Shown here: positions 60,640-64,000 of the stretch, one piece after another
How positions within the stretch are numbered: the stretch's first letter is position 1
How the letters are laid out: every line of letters begins with the position of its first letter
From: the human T2T-CHM13v2.0 reference genome, Homo sapiens
Direction of reading: 5' to 3'
Assembly (NCBI GenBank): GCA_009914755.4
Contig: CP068257.2
Span: 34,688,001 to 34,752,000 of the forward strand
Length of the DNA stretch: 64,000 bases
Notes under the pieces: generated by a model
Told to the model about the DNA's origin: nothing
Databases searched by the model: none
The model's input: only the letters and a program-made list of their open reading frames with translations
Made by a program: the position numbers and the translations under genes

Positions 60640-60990
60640 TTTAACTTTTAGATTCAGGGTACATGCAGGTTTGTTACATGGGTATATGGCGTGATCCTGA
60701 GGTTTGGGGTATGAATGATACCATCGCCCAGCTATTGAGCATAGTACCCAATATGTAGTTTTTCAGCCCTGCCCACCTCCCTTCCTCTCTCCCCACTGTA
60801 GTGGTCCCCAGTGTCTATAGTTCCCATCTTTATGTCCATGTGTACCTAGCACTTACTCCCACTTATAAGTGAGAACATGAAGTATTTGGTTTTCTGTTCC
60901 TGCCTTAATTCCCTTAGGATAAAGGCCTCCAGCTGCATTCATGTTGTTGCAAAGGACATTATTTCTTTCTTTTTTATGGCTGCAAAGAAA
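60640..60990 (-). mobile_element. L1 3'-end fragment (primate L1PA/L1PB-like), reverse strand
   Basis: TTTTAGATTCAGGGTACATGCAGGTTTGTTACATGGGTATATGGCGTGATCCTGAGGTTTGGGGTATGAATGATACCATCGCCCAGCTATTGAGCATAGTACCCAATATGTAGTTTTTCAGCC... resembles the reverse complement of the L1 3'UTR/ORF2 end, and is homologous to 7919-8260 of the upstream L1. Confidence 0.7.
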
Positions 60991-61062
60991 ATTTTTTAAA
61001 AGTTGGCCGTCATCAAAATGGAAGACAAGAATAAAGAGGGAAATTTTTGATTAAACAACTTT

Positions 61063-61350
61063 TTTTTTTTTTGAAACAGAGTCTTTCTCTGTCACCCAGC
61101 CTGGAGTGCAGTGGCATAATCTGTTTACTGCAACCTCTGCCTCCTGGTTCAAACAACTCCCCTGCCTCAGCCTCCTGAGTAGCTGAGATTACAAATGTAC
61201 ACCGCCATGCCCTGCTAATTTATTGTGTTGTAGTATAGATGGGGGTTCACCATATTGCCCAGGCTGGTCTCAAACTCCTAAGCTCAGGCAATCTGCCTGC
61301 CTCGGCCTCCCAAAGTGCTGGGATTACAGGCGTGAGCCACTTTGCCCGGC
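61063..61350 (-). mobile_element. Alu SINE
   Basis: Poly-T GAAACAGAGTCTTTCTCTGTCACCCAGCCTGGAGTGCAGTGGCATAATCTGTTTACTGCAACC...GGGATTACAGGCGTGAGCCACTTTGCCCGGCC. Confidence 0.88.
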
Positions 61351-63192
61351 CTATTAAACAGTTTTTAAAGCCGTATTCTCAAATTTATAAACCAAAGTTT
61401 GTGGAAAGGGTGTATCTAAGTCTTAGGAAATATAAATAGGAATGAGCTTGGTAAGAAAAAGAATAGAGTAACTCCAAATTAAACAGGGCAGAGTAAGCAA
61501 GAAGTACTTGATACAGCAAACCAAGGGAAGCTGAAACCTAAGCTGCTGGAGGATGGTAGAAACCAGTTTACGCCACAGGTCCCTAGAAAGTCTCCTAACT
61601 TGGAAGCATTGGGGACTGCTGAAGGTGGAAGATAGATAGGGGTGAGAACCAGAGGCTTGGTTGGAAACTTAAAGTCGAGACCTCTTTCCAACCTGCAAAG
61701 TCTGGTGAGTGCCCTTTCTCTGCCTCTGTCAGAAGATAGGGAATTTACTTTATGGAGCAGTTTTTACTGCTGAAGATGTACATGAGCCATTGTTTTGAAA
61801 CAGAATGAGTAAGGGAAAGTTTGGATACTGAATGGTCAGAAATCCACCCTTCCCTCCTCACTGGGCTCCAAGAGAGAAGCCCTAAATGATGATGGCAGTT
61901 TGAGCACCCTTTGAATCACAAGCTCAGCCCTAACTACTGCTAGTCAGTTTCACTCTTAGGTATACGCAGATCGCCCTGGATAGCCACATGTGTCATCTCC
62001 CACATGGGACAGCAGACTGAAACAAAGGGAATAGAAGAAAACATTGTGAAATTTATTGGGGGAAAGTGATGTAAACTTGAATAAATAAATCATTTAGAAT
62101 GAAAAGCTTAACAGTCGGAAGATAGAGAAAGAAGAAAAGATACAGTATCTGTGCTGGAAAGCCACCATCTGAATAAGGGAGTTTCAGAATGGGACGTAGG
62201 CACTGGTATGGTGTAGCAAACATAGCTGCCTTCCAGAATGGGAAATCATACCAGAAAAACTGCATTTCCACTAACTACAGAGCATAATGTCTGGAAGGAG
62301 AGCCACTCAAAGACATAGGATCATGACATTTTTTTAACGCAGGGAATAAAAGATTTTTTCAGAAAGAAACAGATTATGTACGGGCAAGAGATGAGGAATT
62401 AGAATGGCAGAAACACTTGAATGGCAGATGAAAATGGAATGATGCTTTTAAATTTCTGAGAAAATAATTTTTCAACCCGGAAGCCTATATAACAGTTAAG
62501 CTAGCAATAGACTTGAGAGAGAAATAAAGATGTTTTCATCATGCAAAACTTTGCGTTTGTTATGTTCTGTGTACCCTTCATTAAGATGCTGTTGCAGGCT
62601 GTGCTCGCCCAATATGAGACAGTCCAAAAAAGAGGAAAATCCTTCCTGAGATCTAGGAGGTCTAACACAAGGCCCAAATAGCAAACCAGTACAAATATTC
62701 CTCCAAGTGTGGAAAAAGGCAATCAAATGGTGATAAATAAATGTGAACTATGCACATATTAACATGAATGAACAGGGAATGATGCAAATGAAGAAATTGG
62801 GGCAATTTTAATTCAGATAAAATTATTTCATATGAAAGGATAAATACTGGTTTGCTTTATGGCTTATCTTTGATCACTGATTACTGATAAAAATTATTAT
62901 GGGCAAATGAAAATGGTGGTGCCATTCCCTGAGCTGAAGAATACAAAGAAGGGGCCGGGGTGGGTAGCATTCTGTTCTGGAAATGTGTACATTGAAATGC
63001 CTGGAGGTGATCAAATGCAGAGATGTTTGGCAGTAAATAGATCTGGTACTTCAAAGAGATCTCAATAGTCCATCGTCTTCATCTGTAAAAAGAGAAAATA
63101 ATCTCTACTTCATTAAATCAGTGATTGGTACTATACAATGCGTCACTTTAAAAAATGAGCCTGGGTATTTCTTAGTATTGCAAAACTTATAG

Positions 63193-63490
<298 letters not shown>

Positions 63491-63584
63491 TTACAATACT
63501 GCATTTGTTAGAATGATTACTTCAAGGTCATCTATTTTGTCCATATTTTATAATCTTATGTTTTATGTATAAAATTTTTTTCAG

Positions 63585-64000
63585 CTTGAAACGGAGACTT
63601 TCTACTCGTTCCTCAATTTTGAATGCAAAGAATCGGAGATTGAGTAGTCAGTTTGAAAATTCAGTTTATAAAGGTGATGATGATGATGAAGATGTCATCA
63701 TCTTAGAAGAAAACAGTACCCCCAAACCTGCAGTAGATCATGATATTGACATGAAATCAGAACAGAGTCACGTTGAGCAAGGTGGTGTTCAGGTTGAGTT
63801 TGTGGGTGACAGTGAACCTTGTGGCCAGACTGGTTCAACAAGCACCTCATCATCCCGATGCGACCAGGGAAATACTGCAGCTACCCAGACTGAAGTACCA
63901 AGTTTAGTTGTTAAAAAAGAAGAAACTGTTGAAGACGAGATAGACGTAAGAAATGATGCAGTGATTCTGCCCTCCTGTGTAGAAGCTGAAGCAAAGATAC
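63585..64000 (+). CDS. MORC3: MORC3 exon 15, 5' part ([139 protein letters not shown]…). The exon continues beyond the window
   Basis: Acceptor AAAATTTTTTTCAG|CTTGAAACGG completes codon AG|C. The open reading frame runs uninterrupted to the window end. Confidence 0.9.

Noticed and set aside
61440-63190. About 1.7 kb of non-Alu sequence in intron 14 with weak flavour of an ancient LINE, and small ORFs at 62053-62271 and 62496-62726 (reverse strand)
   Set aside because: I could not align it confidently to any repeat consensus or protein from memory. I left it unannotated rather than guess. A RepeatMasker/Dfam search would settle it

Overview
This window is primate (human-type) nuclear DNA, not prokaryotic. 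It is saturated with Alu SINEs and other transposable elements (about 45-50% of the window). From splice-consistent reconstruction of the coding sequence, I identify it as the 5' two-thirds of MORC3 (MORC family CW-type zinc finger 3, chr21q22) on the + strand.

The first ~14.4 kb is intergenic and almost entirely TE-derived: about 30 Alus, a 3.8-kb 5'-intact but internally deleted L1, and an LTR fragment. A TATA-less CpG-island promoter (about 14470-15500) contains an NRF1 palindrome and tandem ETS/Sp1 motifs. Coding exon 1 follows (ATG at 14853), then exons 2-15 at 28241, 31467, 32325, 33367, 35992, 39171, 39504, 43902, 51228, 54559, 54789, 56778, 58688 and 63585 (exon 15 runs past the window end).

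The exons encode, in order:
- the GHKL ATPase Bergerat-fold motifs (exons 3-4);
- the CW zinc finger, entirely within exon 11;
- an acidic SUMO-interaction-like motif in exon 15.

The most notable sequence-level observation is that two introns carry textbook minor-spliceosome (U12) signals. Intron 4 is AT-AC type, with donor ATATCCTTTT, branch site TCTTTAAC and 3' end ...AC. Intron 7 is U12 GT-AG type, with donor GTATCCTTTTT and branch site ACCTTAAT.

The introns also contain many Alus, several young AluY copies with perfect target-site duplications, nested Alu-in-Alu insertions, a MIR, a solo LTR with TATA/AATAAA, L1M fragments, Tigger/MER44-type DNA-transposon remnants and Alu-tail-derived microsatellites.

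I find no CRISPR arrays, rRNA/tRNA genes or prokaryotic-style operons, and I do not claim any previously undescribed biological system. Repeat coordinates are approximate (about +/-15 bp). The protein identification rests on my memory of the MORC3 sequence and should be confirmed by database search.
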